64,000 nucleotides of DNA from an uncultured Candidatus Rokubacteria bacterium (GCA_963708025.1 CAVPSB010000037.1:10200-74199), one strand, 5' to 3'; counted from the first letter of the stretch, positions 18,399 through 28,960 are shown. Made by a program: numbers and translations. The notes: generated from the sequence alone by a model not told the origin.

Positions 18399-19877
18399 GT
18401 GATCCTCCACGCCAACCACATCGGGCCAGGCGGCGCTGCGCTGCCGGCGCTCAGTGAGAAGGCCGGCGAGGTCGTCCGGACGGTGCTGGGCCTCGTCGGG
18501 GAGGGGCGGTTCGACCCGCGCGTGGTGTCGGGTCTCCGCCTCCACCTCGACTGGATCCAGTACCGGGCCAACTTCCGGGAGCCGGTGACCGTCCGCCGGG
18601 CGACCGATCCGCGCGGGGGGACGGCCGCCCTCGCCGAGATCGCCGTCGACCTCCGCCGGGTCGAGCCGGCGTCCCTCCGCACCGCCCTCGCCGACGCCTT
18701 CCGCGCCGTGAGCGACGACGCGGCCCTCGATCCCTCCGGCGCGTCCGGGCGCCTCTACCTCGACGACTGGGTGCCGCTGCGCGACAGCGTGATCTGGCGG
18801 TTCAACCACCTCTTCTGGCAGCACGTGGCCGACTGGGAGGCCGCCGTCGGGCGGCGGTTCGAGGAGGCGCTGCCGAGCGGTCGCTCCGACGCCAACCACC
18901 CGGAGGCGGTGGCGGATTCGGTGGCCGACTTCTGGACCCTCCTGCGCGACCTGGAGAAGCGGGGGCGGCTTCCCGCCGAGCTGTTCGTGCTGGAGATCGG
19001 CGTGGGATCCGGGATGCGCGCCGGGCTCTGGCTGGACCGCTTCCGCGCGCTGGACGAGGAGCGGGGCACGACCTACTACCCGCGCCTGCGGTTCCTGCTC
19101 GGCGACTACTCGCTGCCGACGCTGGACCGCGCCCTGGCGGCGGTGGCGTCCCACGGCGACATCGTGAGCGTCATCGCCATGGACGCGCTGAACCCGCTCA
19201 AGACGCTTGCCTTCTTGCGATACAAGATCCTCTACGTCCACCTCACGAACGTCTACGACAACCTGCCCCACGACGAGCTGGTCCGTCGCGATGGCCGCCT
19301 CTACCTGGTCGAGGCCCGCGGCTACCTCTCGCGGGAGGACGCCGAGCGGATCGCGGCCGCCGCCGGGCTGGCGCCCGAGGCCGTCGGCCCGACGGTGGAG
19401 CACCTGCTCCGGATCGGCCCCGGGGCCCTGGGGACGACGGATCGGGGGGTCGCGTTCTGGCGGGCGGTGTGGGACGCCCTCCGCCTGGAGGAGCGGCTCG
19501 TACAGCTGGACGACGTCGCCCAGGCGCCCATCCCGCCCGGGCTCGACCGGAGCCATCTCGAGGACCTGCTGGGCGAGGCCCCGGACGACGTGCGCTTCCA
19601 CCTCTCGCGGGGCGCCGCCGAGAGCTTCGTCCACACCGTGCCCCTCCTCCATCCGCGCGGCTACCTCCAGGTCCAGGACATCTTCGTGACCGACATGCAC
19701 GAGTACCGGCAGGGCTTCCGCGGGCCCGGCAAGCTCGACGGGTCGGTCGTGAACTGGGTCAACGGCGCCCTCCTGCGCGCGATCGGGGCGCGCGCGGGCT
19801 ACGACGTCCACTTCGCGCCGTTCCGGTACCGGGCGGGGTCGCGGACGTCGATCCTCTACACCACCCCGCGGGAGTGA
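18399..19877 (+). CDS. Uncharacterised class I SAM-methyltransferase-like protein
   Basis: VLEIGVGSG motif-I-like sequence; long host-like ORF within the operon. Confidence 0.65.
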   Translation: MILHANHIGPGGAALPALSEKAGEVVRTVLGLVGEGRFDPRVVSGLRLHLDWIQYRANFREPVTVRRATDPRGGTAALAEIAVDLRRVEPASLRTALADAFRAVSDDAALDPSGASGRLYLDDWVPLRDSVIWRFNHLFWQHVADWEAAVGRRFEEALPSGRSDANHPEAVADSVADFWTLLRDLEKRGRLPAELFVLEIGVGSGMRAGLWLDRFRALDEERGTTYYPRLRFLLGDYSLPTLDRALAAVASHGDIVSVIAMDALNPLKTLAFLRYKILYVHLTNVYDNLPHDELVRRDGRLYLVEARGYLSREDAERIAAAAGLAPEAVGPTVEHLLRIGPGALGTTDRGVAFWRAVWDALRLEERLVQLDDVAQAPIPPGLDRSHLEDLLGEAPDDVRFHLSRGAAESFVHTVPLLHPRGYLQVQDIFVTDMHEYRQGFRGPGKLDGSVVNWVNGALLRAIGARAGYDVHFAPFRYRAGSRTSILYTTPRE

Positions 19878-19882
19878 CGTCG

Positions 19883-20881
19883 ATGTCGGAGCTCTTGCCC
19901 ACCGCCGTCGTCGGAAGCTACGCGATGCCCGGGTGGCTCGAACGGGTGAAGAACGACTACCTGCACCGCCGGCTGTCCCGCCACGACCTCGACGACATCC
20001 ACGACACCGCGGTGAAGGCGGCGATCAAGGACCAGGAAGTGGCCGGCGTCGACATCGTCTCGGACGGGGAGCTCCGCCGGGAGAACATGATCGATCACTT
20101 CACGACCCGGCTCCCCGGGGTCGAGATCGACCACGCGTCGAAGCGCTCCTACTACGATCTGTACGACTGCGTGGTGCGCGGGCGGCTCCCCACCGGCTCG
20201 CTCGGGCTGGTCGAGGAGTTCCGCTTCCTCCGGCGCTTCACCGACCGGCGCGCGAAGATCTCCGTCACCGGCCCCCACTCGCTCGTCAAGCGCATCCGCA
20301 ACGCCCACTACCCGAGCGACGAGGCCTTCGCCCTCGACATCGCCCGCGTCCTGAACGTCGAGCTGCGCGAGCTGGTGCGGGCGGGGGCGACCGACATCCA
20401 GATCGACGAGCCGTACTACTCGGGGTTCCCCGAGGACCTGCCGTGGGGCGTGCGCGCGATCAACGCGCTCGTCGAGGGCGTGGGGGCGTGGCTGTCGCTC
20501 CACGTCTGCTACGGGAACCGCTACGGCAAACCCTCGTGGGAGGGGAGCTACCGCTACCTGTTCCCGGCGATCCTCGACGCGCGCGTGAACCAGCTCACGC
20601 TGGAGTTCGCGCGACGAGGCGACGAGGACGTCCGGCTCTTCAAGGAGTTCGATCCGCCGTTCACTCTTGGCCTCGGCGTCATCGACGTGAAGAGCCACGA
20701 GGTCGAGACCCCGGGGATGGTCGCCGAGCGGGTCCGCGCCGGCCTCGACGTCGTGCCGGCGGCCCGGCTCGCGATCAACCCGGACTGCGGGCTCCTGCAC
20801 CTCCCCCGGGCCGTCGCGTTCGCGAAGCTGGGGGCGATGGTGGACGGGACGCGGATCGTGCGCCGGGAGGTCGGCGGCTGA
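19883..20881 (+). CDS. Second cobalamin-independent methionine synthase family protein (catalytic domain only)
   Basis: TAVVGSY, SDGELRRE, QIDEP, HVCYGN, LEF, NPDCGL. Confidence 0.88.
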   Translation: MSELLPTAVVGSYAMPGWLERVKNDYLHRRLSRHDLDDIHDTAVKAAIKDQEVAGVDIVSDGELRRENMIDHFTTRLPGVEIDHASKRSYYDLYDCVVRGRLPTGSLGLVEEFRFLRRFTDRRAKISVTGPHSLVKRIRNAHYPSDEAFALDIARVLNVELRELVRAGATDIQIDEPYYSGFPEDLPWGVRAINALVEGVGAWLSLHVCYGNRYGKPSWEGSYRYLFPAILDARVNQLTLEFARRGDEDVRLFKEFDPPFTLGLGVIDVKSHEVETPGMVAERVRAGLDVVPAARLAINPDCGLLHLPRAVAFAKLGAMVDGTRIVRREVGG

Positions 20882-22400
20882 ACAGTCTGGCGGCGGCGCT
20901 CCAGGGTGGCCGCTTCTGCTACGTCGTGGAGCTGGTCGCCTCGGCCCTCAGTCGCGAGGCGAAGCTCCTCGAGGTGGCCTCGGGCCTCGCCCGTCTCCCT
21001 GACGTGGTGGCCGGGAGCGTCACCAGCTACGCGGGGGGCGCCATGGGCCACGACCCGATCCGGGTCGGCGCCGCCGCCCGCGCCCGGGGGCTCACGCCCA
21101 ACGTCCACCTGACGTGCGTCAGCCAGGACCGCCAGGCCGTGCGCAAGACGCTCGAGGACCTCCACGCCCTCGGGATCGAGAACGTCTTCGCGCTCACCGG
21201 CGACTATCCGCGATCCGGGCCCGCCGGGAAAGACCGGCCGGCCGAGCCGCCGGTGTTCGACCTCGACTCGGTCCAGCTCGTCCGCCTGATCGACGACCTC
21301 CGCCGGGCGGGCCGGGGCTTCCACGTCTCGGTCGCGGTCTCCCCGTTCAAGTACATCGAGGCGGACTGCCTCTGGCAGTACCTGAAGCTCGAGAAGAAGA
21401 TCGCCGCCGGCGCCGACTGCGCCATCACCCAGGTCGGCTGGGACGCGGAGAAGTTCCGCGAGCTCAAGCGCTACCTCGGCGAGCGCGGGCTGACCACGCC
21501 GCTCCTCGGCAACGTCTACGTCCTCGGCCCGCGCACCGCCGAGCGGATGAGCCGGGGCGAGCCGCCGGGGTGCTGGGTGTCGCCGGCGCTGCTGGCTACC
21601 GTCCAGCAGGAGAGCCGGGCCCCGGACGGCGGCCGGCGCGCCCGCCTGGAGCGCGCCGCGCGGACGGTCGCGGTGCTCCGCGGCCTCGGGTACGCCGGCG
21701 CCTACATCGGCGGCACCCACGACCCCGCGCACATCGAATGGATCGTCCGCCGGGCGGCGGAGCTGGCCCCGCGCTGGGAGGAGCTGGCCGTGGAGCTAGC
21801 CTACGGCGCCGAGGACGGGTTCTACCTGTACGCGGATCGCGGCCGCGGCGCCCGGTCGGCGACGCCGGCCGGCGCGCCCCCGCTCCGCCCGCCGCCGGGC
21901 CAGGGGCGGCTGGTCACGGCGATCGTGCCGCGCGCCCTCGACCTCCTGGGCCGGCTCTTCCCGGTGACGCGCGACACCTGGCTCCGCCGGGCCCTCCGCC
22001 GGCTCGGCGCGCGGGTGGACCGGATCCCGGCGCTGGCGGGCGCGGTCGAGCGCGTCGAGCGGGCGGTGAAGACGCCCCTCTTCGGCTGCCAGTCCTGCGG
22101 CAACTGCGTGCTCGGCCACCTGGAGTACGTCTGCCCGCAGACGTGCCCGAAGCAGCTCCGGAACGGCCCGTGCGGGGGCACTCACCTCGGGCGCTGCGAG
22201 GTGGTGCCGGACCAGCCGTGCATCTGGGTCGGGATGTACGAGCGCGCCCGCGCGGGCGGCCGGGTCCACGGGCCTGCTCACCTACGTGCCGCCGCCGGCC
22301 CGGTCGCTCCAGGGCACCAGCTCCTGGCTCAACTACCTCCTCGAGCGCGACAGCCGACCCTCGACCCTCGCCCCCGACCCGTAGCTGGCCCGACCTCCTC
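20878..22400 (+). CDS. metF: Methylenetetrahydrofolate reductase fused to a C-terminal Cys-rich MTHFR_C/MetV-like domain; frameshift near 22270, end approximate
   Basis: VHLTC, ALTGDY, KKIAAGADCAITQ; CQSCGNC...CPQTCPKQLRNGPCGG...CEV...CIW. Confidence 0.8.
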
Positions 22401-22503
22401 ACGGACGCGCCCTGCAAGCTGGTCCCCAATGCCCACATTGAGAGCTTCCGCAGTCGATTCCGTGCTCCCTCTCCCTCCCGTGGGAGGGCGAGGTTAAGAA
22501 GGG

Positions 22504-23493
22504 TCAGCCGTCGCCCACCTCGAGGAGGAGCTTGCCGCTGACGCCCCGCCCCTCCAGGTGCCGGTGCATGTCCGAGCAGGCCGCCATCGGATAGCGCGCT
22601 TCGATCGGGATCGCGAGCCGCCCCTGGAGCAGCGCATCCAGGACGTAGCGGACCCCGCGCCGCCAGCGCGGCGAGCCCGGCCGGGCGTGCAGGAGCTCGA
22701 ACCCGGCCAGGCTCGTGGAGCGCTCGTAGAGCTTGGGTCGGACGGGGAAGTCGGGATAGCCGGCCGCCTCGCCGATGTTGATCACCCGGCCGAAGGGTCG
22801 CAGCAGTTCGAAGCTGCGCGGCAGCACGTCGGCCCCCAGCGAGTCGATCACCAGATCCACGCCGCGCCCCCGGGTGAAGGCCATCGTGGCGGCGACGAAG
22901 TCCTCCCGGCTCCGGTCGATCACGCGGTCGGCGCCGAAGGCCAGCGCGCGGGCGGCCTTGGCCGCCGACCCGGTGGTCCCGATGACGCGGGCCCCGAACG
23001 CCTTGGCGAGCTGCGTGAGGCAGAGCCCGACGCCGCCGCCGATGGCGTGCACGAGGATCGTCTCGCCCTCCCGCACCCGGTGGGCGGTGCGCAGGAGGTG
23101 ATACGCGGTGAGCGCGACGACCGGAAAGGCGGCGCCGAGCTCGAGCGGTAGCGCCTCGGGAAGCGGAACGACGTAGGACGCCGGTACCGCCACGCGCTCG
23201 GCGTAGCCCCCCAGCATGCGGGGACCGGTCAGGGCCGCCACGCGGGCGCCGACCGTCACGTCGCGCACGGCCGACCCGACGGCCGCCACCCGCCCGGAGA
23301 CTTCGAGCCCGATGATCGCCGGGTAGCTGACCGGCTCGGGATAGACCCCTTGCCGCTTCTGGACGTCGCTCCAGTTACAGCCGGCCCAGGCGACCTCGAT
23401 CAGCACCTCGTCGGGCTCGGGGAGCGGCGCCGGGAGCTCGCGCAGGGCGAGCGCCTCGGGGTCGCCCGGGGACTCGACCACGATGGCCCGCAT
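22504..23493 (-). CDS. NADPH:quinone oxidoreductase (MDR family)
   Basis: YPAIIGLEVSG, GGYAE, HAIGGGVG, GRGVDLVIDSLG, GKLLL. Confidence 0.9.
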   Translation of the reverse strand: MRAIVVESPGDPEALALRELPAPLPEPDEVLIEVAWAGCNWSDVQKRQGVYPEPVSYPAIIGLEVSGRVAAVGSAVRDVTVGARVAALTGPRMLGGYAERVAVPASYVVPLPEALPLELGAAFPVVALTAYHLLRTAHRVREGETILVHAIGGGVGLCLTQLAKAFGARVIGTTGSAAKAARALAFGADRVIDRSREDFVAATMAFTRGRGVDLVIDSLGADVLPRSFELLRPFGRVINIGEAAGYPDFPVRPKLYERSTSLAGFELLHARPGSPRWRRGVRYVLDALLQGRLAIPIEARYPMAACSDMHRHLEGRGVSGKLLLEVGDG

Positions 23494-23528
23494 CCGGTCG
23501 GAGGCGACTCGGCGATCTCCGGCGACGG

Positions 23529-24335
23529 TCACGCTGGGCGGGCAGGGGGCCGGGCGCCCGCGCGGGGGAACGCGGCCTCGAGCGAGTGGACCACGAGCTC
23601 CACGCACTCGTCGGTCAGCAGCCGGCCGATCTCGGCCGTCGCGGCCTTCGCCGGGGACAGCACCCCCGTCGGCGGGATCCAGCTCGTGTCCGTGGGGTAG
23701 ACGTCGTAGGGTGGGGGCGCCGCCGGGGGATCGTTCGGGACCTGGCCCATGTCTACGCGGTCCGGGAAGAGGTGGAGCATCAGCGCGGTCTCGAGGACGC
23801 CGGCGTGCTCGAGATCGAGGCCGGGGAAGCCGTGCGGGAAGATCCGGGCCAGGGTCTCCGGCCGGATCGTCTCGCAGTACCGCATCTTGAGGACGCGGAG
23901 GTCCTCCGGTCCCTCGGCCCGGGCGTCGCGGATCGCGAGGTCGATCCCCTCGGTGAGGAACATCTGGTTCTCGTAGTGACCGTCGATCAGGGCGATCCGC
24001 CGGGCGCCGTGGCGGGCGAACTCGCGGAGGAGGTCGCGGACGGTTGACGTCAGGGTCCCGCCGTCCAGGCTGGTGGTGCCGCAGAAGTGGTTGCCGCCGC
24101 CGGTGCGCGGCTGGGACTTGTAGCCGTAGGTCAGCGCGGGGGCGACGACGCCGCCGAGCCGCTCGGCCACCCGGCGCGCCATCTCCGTCGCCAGGATGGC
24201 GTCGGTCCCCAGCGGGAGGTGCGGGCCGTGCTGCTCGAGGGCGCCGACCGGAAGCAGCACGACGGCGCCCTCCGTCGCCACCCGCTCCCGGTACTCGATC
24301 CACGACATCTCCGACATGAAGACCGAACGGGCCAT
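23529..24335 (-). CDS. Creatininase (creatinine amidohydrolase family)
   Basis: PVGALEQHGPHLPLGTD, DGHYEN, EHAGVLET. Confidence 0.9.
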   Translation of the reverse strand: MARSVFMSEMSWIEYRERVATEGAVVLLPVGALEQHGPHLPLGTDAILATEMARRVAERLGGVVAPALTYGYKSQPRTGGGNHFCGTTSLDGGTLTSTVRDLLREFARHGARRIALIDGHYENQMFLTEGIDLAIRDARAEGPEDLRVLKMRYCETIRPETLARIFPHGFPGLDLEHAGVLETALMLHLFPDRVDMGQVPNDPPAAPPPYDVYPTDTSWIPPTGVLSPAKAATAEIGRLLTDECVELVVHSLEAAFPRAGARPPARPA

Positions 24336-24455
24336 CGGCTCCTCCTCCTTGGTCGCGCGGTGTCGGCTGTGTGCCGCCGCCCCGTATTGCACGGCGGGGG
24401 CGCGGTGGTGTCAAGCCGTCCGTCCCCGCGGTTCCCGTCCGTGCGGGCGGGCGGG

Positions 24456-24484
24456 TTGACACTCTCTCGATGCCCTCCTAGAGT
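24456..24484 (+). promoter_or_regulatory. Sigma70-type promoter
   Basis: TTGACA-17 bp-TAGAGT upstream of the ureohydrolase. Confidence 0.65.
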
Positions 24485-24531
24485 GAGTCGTCAGCTTCGT
24501 CGCAGCGCACGCTCATCGCGGGAGGGCGCGG

Positions 24532-25587
24532 ATGTCCCAGGGTCCGATGCACCACCATCACGGCGCGGGACGGCTGAACATGCCGTTCGTCGGCATCCCC
24601 TCGTTCCTGCGGGCGGCGATCTGCACCAACCTGGGCGCGCTCGATGCCGACATCGCCGTCATGGGCGTCCCCACCGACGAGGGCTCGCCGTTCATGCCCG
24701 GCTCGCGTTTCGGCCCCCGCGCGATCCGGGAGCACTCGATGCGCTTCGTCACCGGCGACCCCGGCTACTACGACCCCGAGGCGCGGCGTCACTTCCTCGA
24801 GCACGAGATGGGGGAGGGCCGGATCGTCGACGTCGGCGACGCCGACATCCTGCCGACCAACGTGGTCGACACCTTCCACAACGTCACCGGCATGACCGGC
24901 CTGGTCCTCGGGCAGGGGGCGATGCCGGTCGCCATCGGCGGCGACCACGCCATCAGCTTCCCCATCGTGCGGGCGTTCAGCGAGCCGCTCCACGTCGTGC
25001 ACTTCGACGCCCACCTGGACTACGCCCCCTTCATCCACGGGCTCGAGTACACGAACTCCCACGCCTTCCGCCACATCACCCGCCTGCCCCACGTCCAGAG
25101 CCTGACCCAGGTCGGGATCCGCAGCCTCCGCAACACCCAGGCGATGATGGAAGACTCGCTGCGTGACGGCAACCGCGTGGTGACGATGGAGGAGTTCCGC
25201 GACGTCTCCTACCGGGGGTTCCTCGACCGGATCCCGCGGAACGCGCGCTGCTACGTGAGCCTCGACATCGACGTGCTCGACCTGCCGCTCGTCCCCGGCT
25301 GTGTCTCGGCCGAGCCCAACGGCCTCCTGTACGCCGAGCTGCGCGACACCCTCTTCGCGCTGGCCGAGCACGCCGAGATCGTCGGCTTCGACCTGGTCGA
25401 GGTGAACCCCTTGCTCGACGTCGGCACCGGCATCACCTCCTACCTGGCCGCCCACACGATGGTCGAGTTCCTGGGGCGCATCTGCGACCAGCCCCGGTGG
25501 ATCGCCGGCCGAGACGCCCGGGCCGCCCGGCGGGAGGCCGCCGCCCGGCAACGTTTGGACGTGGGAGACGCGGGCCCCGGGGCCTGA
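24532..25587 (+). CDS. Arginase/agmatinase-family ureohydrolase
   Basis: GSRFGPRAIR, GGDHAI, DAHLD, SLDIDVLD, DLVEVNP. Confidence 0.9.
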   Translation: MSQGPMHHHHGAGRLNMPFVGIPSFLRAAICTNLGALDADIAVMGVPTDEGSPFMPGSRFGPRAIREHSMRFVTGDPGYYDPEARRHFLEHEMGEGRIVDVGDADILPTNVVDTFHNVTGMTGLVLGQGAMPVAIGGDHAISFPIVRAFSEPLHVVHFDAHLDYAPFIHGLEYTNSHAFRHITRLPHVQSLTQVGIRSLRNTQAMMEDSLRDGNRVVTMEEFRDVSYRGFLDRIPRNARCYVSLDIDVLDLPLVPGCVSAEPNGLLYAELRDTLFALAEHAEIVGFDLVEVNPLLDVGTGITSYLAAHTMVEFLGRICDQPRWIAGRDARAARREAAARQRLDVGDAGPGA

Positions 25588-25612
25588 CGCGCAGGAGAGA
25601 GGAAACCACCGG

Positions 25613-26554
25613 ATGGCCAGCCCGATCGTCGTCGACGCCCACATGCACGTCTACGAGACCAAGGCCGAGGGGGCGCGGCAGAAGGCCGGCTACGAGATCT
25701 GGGAGTACGGCGAGAAGCCCGGGGTGCCGTTCAGCCGGTACGCCGGCGACGTCGACGACGTGGTGGCCGCCATGCGCCAGGCCGGCTACGCGCACGCCGT
25801 CTCGGTCAACCTGTTCGCGGCCGACCTGGCCCGCGAGGAGGCGCTGGCGACGCTCCCGCCCGGCGCCGACCGGGCGCGGGCGCTCGCCGAGGTCGACGCC
25901 ACCATGGGGGACCGGCTGCGCGCGTTCAACCGGTGGGCCTGCGGCGTGGCCGGGACGCACCCGGAGATCACGCCGTTCGTGGCGGTGGATCCCGGGGTCC
26001 TGAGCGTCGAGGCCAACGTGGCCCACCTCCGGGAGTTGGCGACGCTGGGTGCCCGTGGCGTCAAGCTCCACCCGGTGGTCCAGCGGTTCTCGCCCGACGA
26101 TCCGCGGATGCTGCCCGTCTATCGCGCCTGCGTCGAGCTGGGCCTGGTCGTGCTCTCCCACTCGGGCACGGCCCGGGGCGCGGCCCAGTACGCCGAGCCG
26201 CGGGCGTTCGCCGAGGTGCTGCGGCGGTTCCCCGACCTCACCGTGGTCCTGGCCCACCTGGGCGGCGGCTCGTGGCGCCAGACCGCGGAGCTGGCGCGGA
26301 CCTTCCCGAACGTCACCTTCGATTGCTGCGAGATCGTCGAGTGGACGGGGGCGCCGAACGCCCCCAGCGACGAGGCGCTGGCCCGCCTGATCCGCGACGT
26401 CGGCCCGCACCGGGTCATGCTCGGCACCGACTTCCCCTGGTACGATCTCGATCACACCGTCGAGCGCGTCATGGCGCTGCCCCTCCTCTCCCGGGAGGAG
26501 AAGGAAGGCATGCTCGGCGCCAACGCGGTCCGGATCCTGCGCCTCCGGCTGTGA
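25613..26554 (+). CDS. Amidohydrolase_2 family protein
   Basis: DAHMH, GVKLHP, HSG, AHLGG, GTDFPW. Confidence 0.88.
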   Translation: MASPIVVDAHMHVYETKAEGARQKAGYEIWEYGEKPGVPFSRYAGDVDDVVAAMRQAGYAHAVSVNLFAADLAREEALATLPPGADRARALAEVDATMGDRLRAFNRWACGVAGTHPEITPFVAVDPGVLSVEANVAHLRELATLGARGVKLHPVVQRFSPDDPRMLPVYRACVELGLVVLSHSGTARGAAQYAEPRAFAEVLRRFPDLTVVLAHLGGGSWRQTAELARTFPNVTFDCCEIVEWTGAPNAPSDEALARLIRDVGPHRVMLGTDFPWYDLDHTVERVMALPLLSREEKEGMLGANAVRILRLRL

Positions 26555-26583
26555 GCCGGACGGCCGACGAGGTCAGGGCGACC

Positions 26584-27199
26584 ATGAGCATCGCCGAGGG
26601 GCTGAAGGTCGGGGCGCGAGCATCACGTTCCGGCCCGGACCGGGATCGCGTTCCGCGTGGACGCCGGCGACCACATCCGGATCGTTGACCTCCAGGGCGA
26701 GCAGGCCGCCGACTTCTGGGCCTTCCACGAGAACGACCTGACCGAGTACCTGTCGGCCCCGCACACGCGGATCGGCCTGATGCGGCTCCTGCCGCGTCCG
26801 GGCGAGTGCTTCCTGACCAACCAGCGCCGGCCGATCATCCGCGTCGTCGAGGATCCCGTCGGCGTCCACGACTTCCTCTCGGCCGCCTGCGACCGCTGGC
26901 GCTACGAGGAGCTCGGCCACAAGGGCTGGCACGCCTCCTGCCAGGAGAACCTCGAGCTGGCCATGAAGCGCGCAGGCTACGGCTGGGTCGTCACGCCCCA
27001 GCCCTTCAACGTCTGGACGAACTTCCACCTCCACCCGGACGGGACGTTCGAGATCCGGCGTCCCCGCAGCAAGGCCGGAGACCACATCCTGCTGCGGGCG
27101 GAGATGCCGTCCGTCATCGGCATCTCCGCGTGCCCCCAGGACATCACGCTCACCTGCGGCCAGCACCCGACCGACCTGCTGGTCCAGATCCTCCGATGA
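26584..27199 (+). CDS. Urea carboxylase-associated DUF1989 family protein; frameshift near 26615
   Basis: IVDLQGEQAADF, HDFLSAAC, SCQENL, PFNVW, SACPQD. Confidence 0.82.
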
Positions 27200-27261
27200 G
27201 ACCTCCGGTGCCGGCCTTCTCGACCCGCCCGCGCCACGCTGCGTCGGGACGGCGCGGCGCC

Positions 27262-27353
27262 ACCCCTCCCCCCGCCACAGGCCGAAGGCCGTCCGATCAG
27301 TGGGGAGGGGTCGCCAAAGGCCGGAGGCCGTCGAAGGGTGGGGGAGGACCCGA
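27262..27353 (+). repeat. Palindromic repeat family copy
   Basis: GCCACAGGCCGAAGGCCGT and GCCAAAGGCCGGAGGCCGTCGAAGGGTGGGGGAGGACCCGA then ATG. Confidence 0.82.
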
Positions 27354-28713
27354 ATGACCGCGCCGGCCGGCCGCACGGCGCTCTTCACCAACGCCCACGT
27401 CGTCACCATGGACGACGCCGGCACCGAGCACCCGGGCGGCTGGCTCCTGGTCGGCCAGGGCCGGATCCAGGCGGTGGGCGGCGGGCGGCCGCCGGCGGCC
27501 GACGAGACCGTGGACCTCGGGGGCGCCGTCGTCACCCCGGGCCTCGTCAACGTGCACCACCACATCTACCAGAACCTCACCCGGACCCGGGCCCAGGAAG
27601 GCAACCTCCTCGAGTGGCTCCAGGCCCTGCTCCCGATCTGGGCGGGTCTCGACGCCGAGGCCGAGTACGCCGCCGCCCGCGCCGGGCTGGCCGAGCTCGC
27701 GCTCTCGGGCTGCACGACCGTCTTCGACCATCACTACGTGTTCCCCCACGGCCGCCCCGGCCTCGTGGAGGCCGAGGTCCAGGCCGCGCGGGAGCTGGGC
27801 GTCCGCATCGTGGCCGCCCGGGGCTCGATGGACCTGGGGCAGTCGCGGGGCGCGCTGCCGCCGGACTCGATCGTGGAGGACGTCGACCGGATCCTCGCCG
27901 ACACCGAGCGGGTGGCCCGGCTCCACGAGCCGGGCCCCGGCGCGTGGGTGCAGATCGTGGTGGCGCCCTGCACGCCGTTCACGGCGTCGCGGGAGCTCAT
28001 GCTCGAGTCCGCCCGGCTCGCGCGACGGCTGGGGCTGCGGCTCCACACCCACCTGGCCGAGACGGTCGAGGACGAGGCCCTCTGCGTGCAGCAGTACGGC
28101 TACCGGCCGATCGACTACCTGGCGGACGTCGAGTGGCTGGCGCCGGACGTCTGGTGCGCCCACTCCATCCACCTCGGGTTCGCGGACGTGCAGCGGCTCG
28201 CCCGGACGCGCACCGGGGTCGCCCACTGCCCCACGTCGAACCTGCGCCTCGGGCGCCGGGGTGGCCCCCATCCGGGCCATGCTCGACGCCGGCGTTCCGG
28301 TGGGCCTCGGGGTGGACGGCCCGGCGTCCAACGAGCGGAGCGACATGCTGGCCGAGGCGCGCCAGGCGCTCCTGGTGGCCCGCGGTCACGGCGGCCCGGC
28401 GGCCATGACCGTCCGCCAGGCGCTCCGGCTGGCGACGCGGGGCGGGGCGACCGTGCTGGGGCGCGCGGACATCGGCGCCCTCGAGCCGGGCAAGTGCGCG
28501 GACTTCGCCGTCTGGCGGACCGACGGCCTGGCCTTCGGCGGCGCCGACGATCCGGTGGCCGCCCTCCTCCTCTCCGGCCCCTACCGGGTCGACCGGCTGT
28601 ACGTCGGGGGCGCGGCGGTCGTGGCCGACGGCGCCCTCGTGCGCGCCGACGAGCGGGAGATCATCCGGTTACACCGCCAGCAGGCCCGCCGCTTCGTGGG
28701 GCAGGGCCGATGA
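27354..28713 (+). CDS. 8-oxoguanine deaminase-like amidohydrolase; frameshift near 28255
   Basis: PGLVNVHHHIYQNLTR, LHTHLAET, AHCPTSNLRLG, GVDGPASN. Confidence 0.85.
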
Positions 28714-28775
28714 GCTTCGCATCACGTCGTGGTTCGGACCCTTCGGCCTTTGGGTCGTCGTCCGTCCTCCGCCTC

Positions 28776-28949
28776 CTACTTGTCCTTGATGGCCGCCTGG
28801 ACCTTCTTGGCCACGTCGGGCGGGATACTGGACATGCCGTGCGCCTTCTTGGCGTGCTCGGCGCCCTTGGCCATCACCTCGGCCTCGTCCTTGCCCTCGA
28901 TCACGGCGTTGCAGCCGGGCATGAGATCCCCGCATCGAAGTTGCTTCAT
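28776..28949 (-). CDS. Small metal-binding protein, DUF1059 family
   Basis: MKQLRCGDLMPGC...AEHAKKAHG. Confidence 0.8.
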   Translation of the reverse strand: MKQLRCGDLMPGCNAVIEGKDEAEVMAKGAEHAKKAHGMSSIPPDVAKKVQAAIKDK

Positions 28950-28960
28950 GTCGTTCCTCA

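Noticed and set aside
24340-24531. Guanidine riboswitch before the ureohydrolase/DUF1989 operon
   Set aside because: No twin ACGR hairpins or ykkC motif seen.
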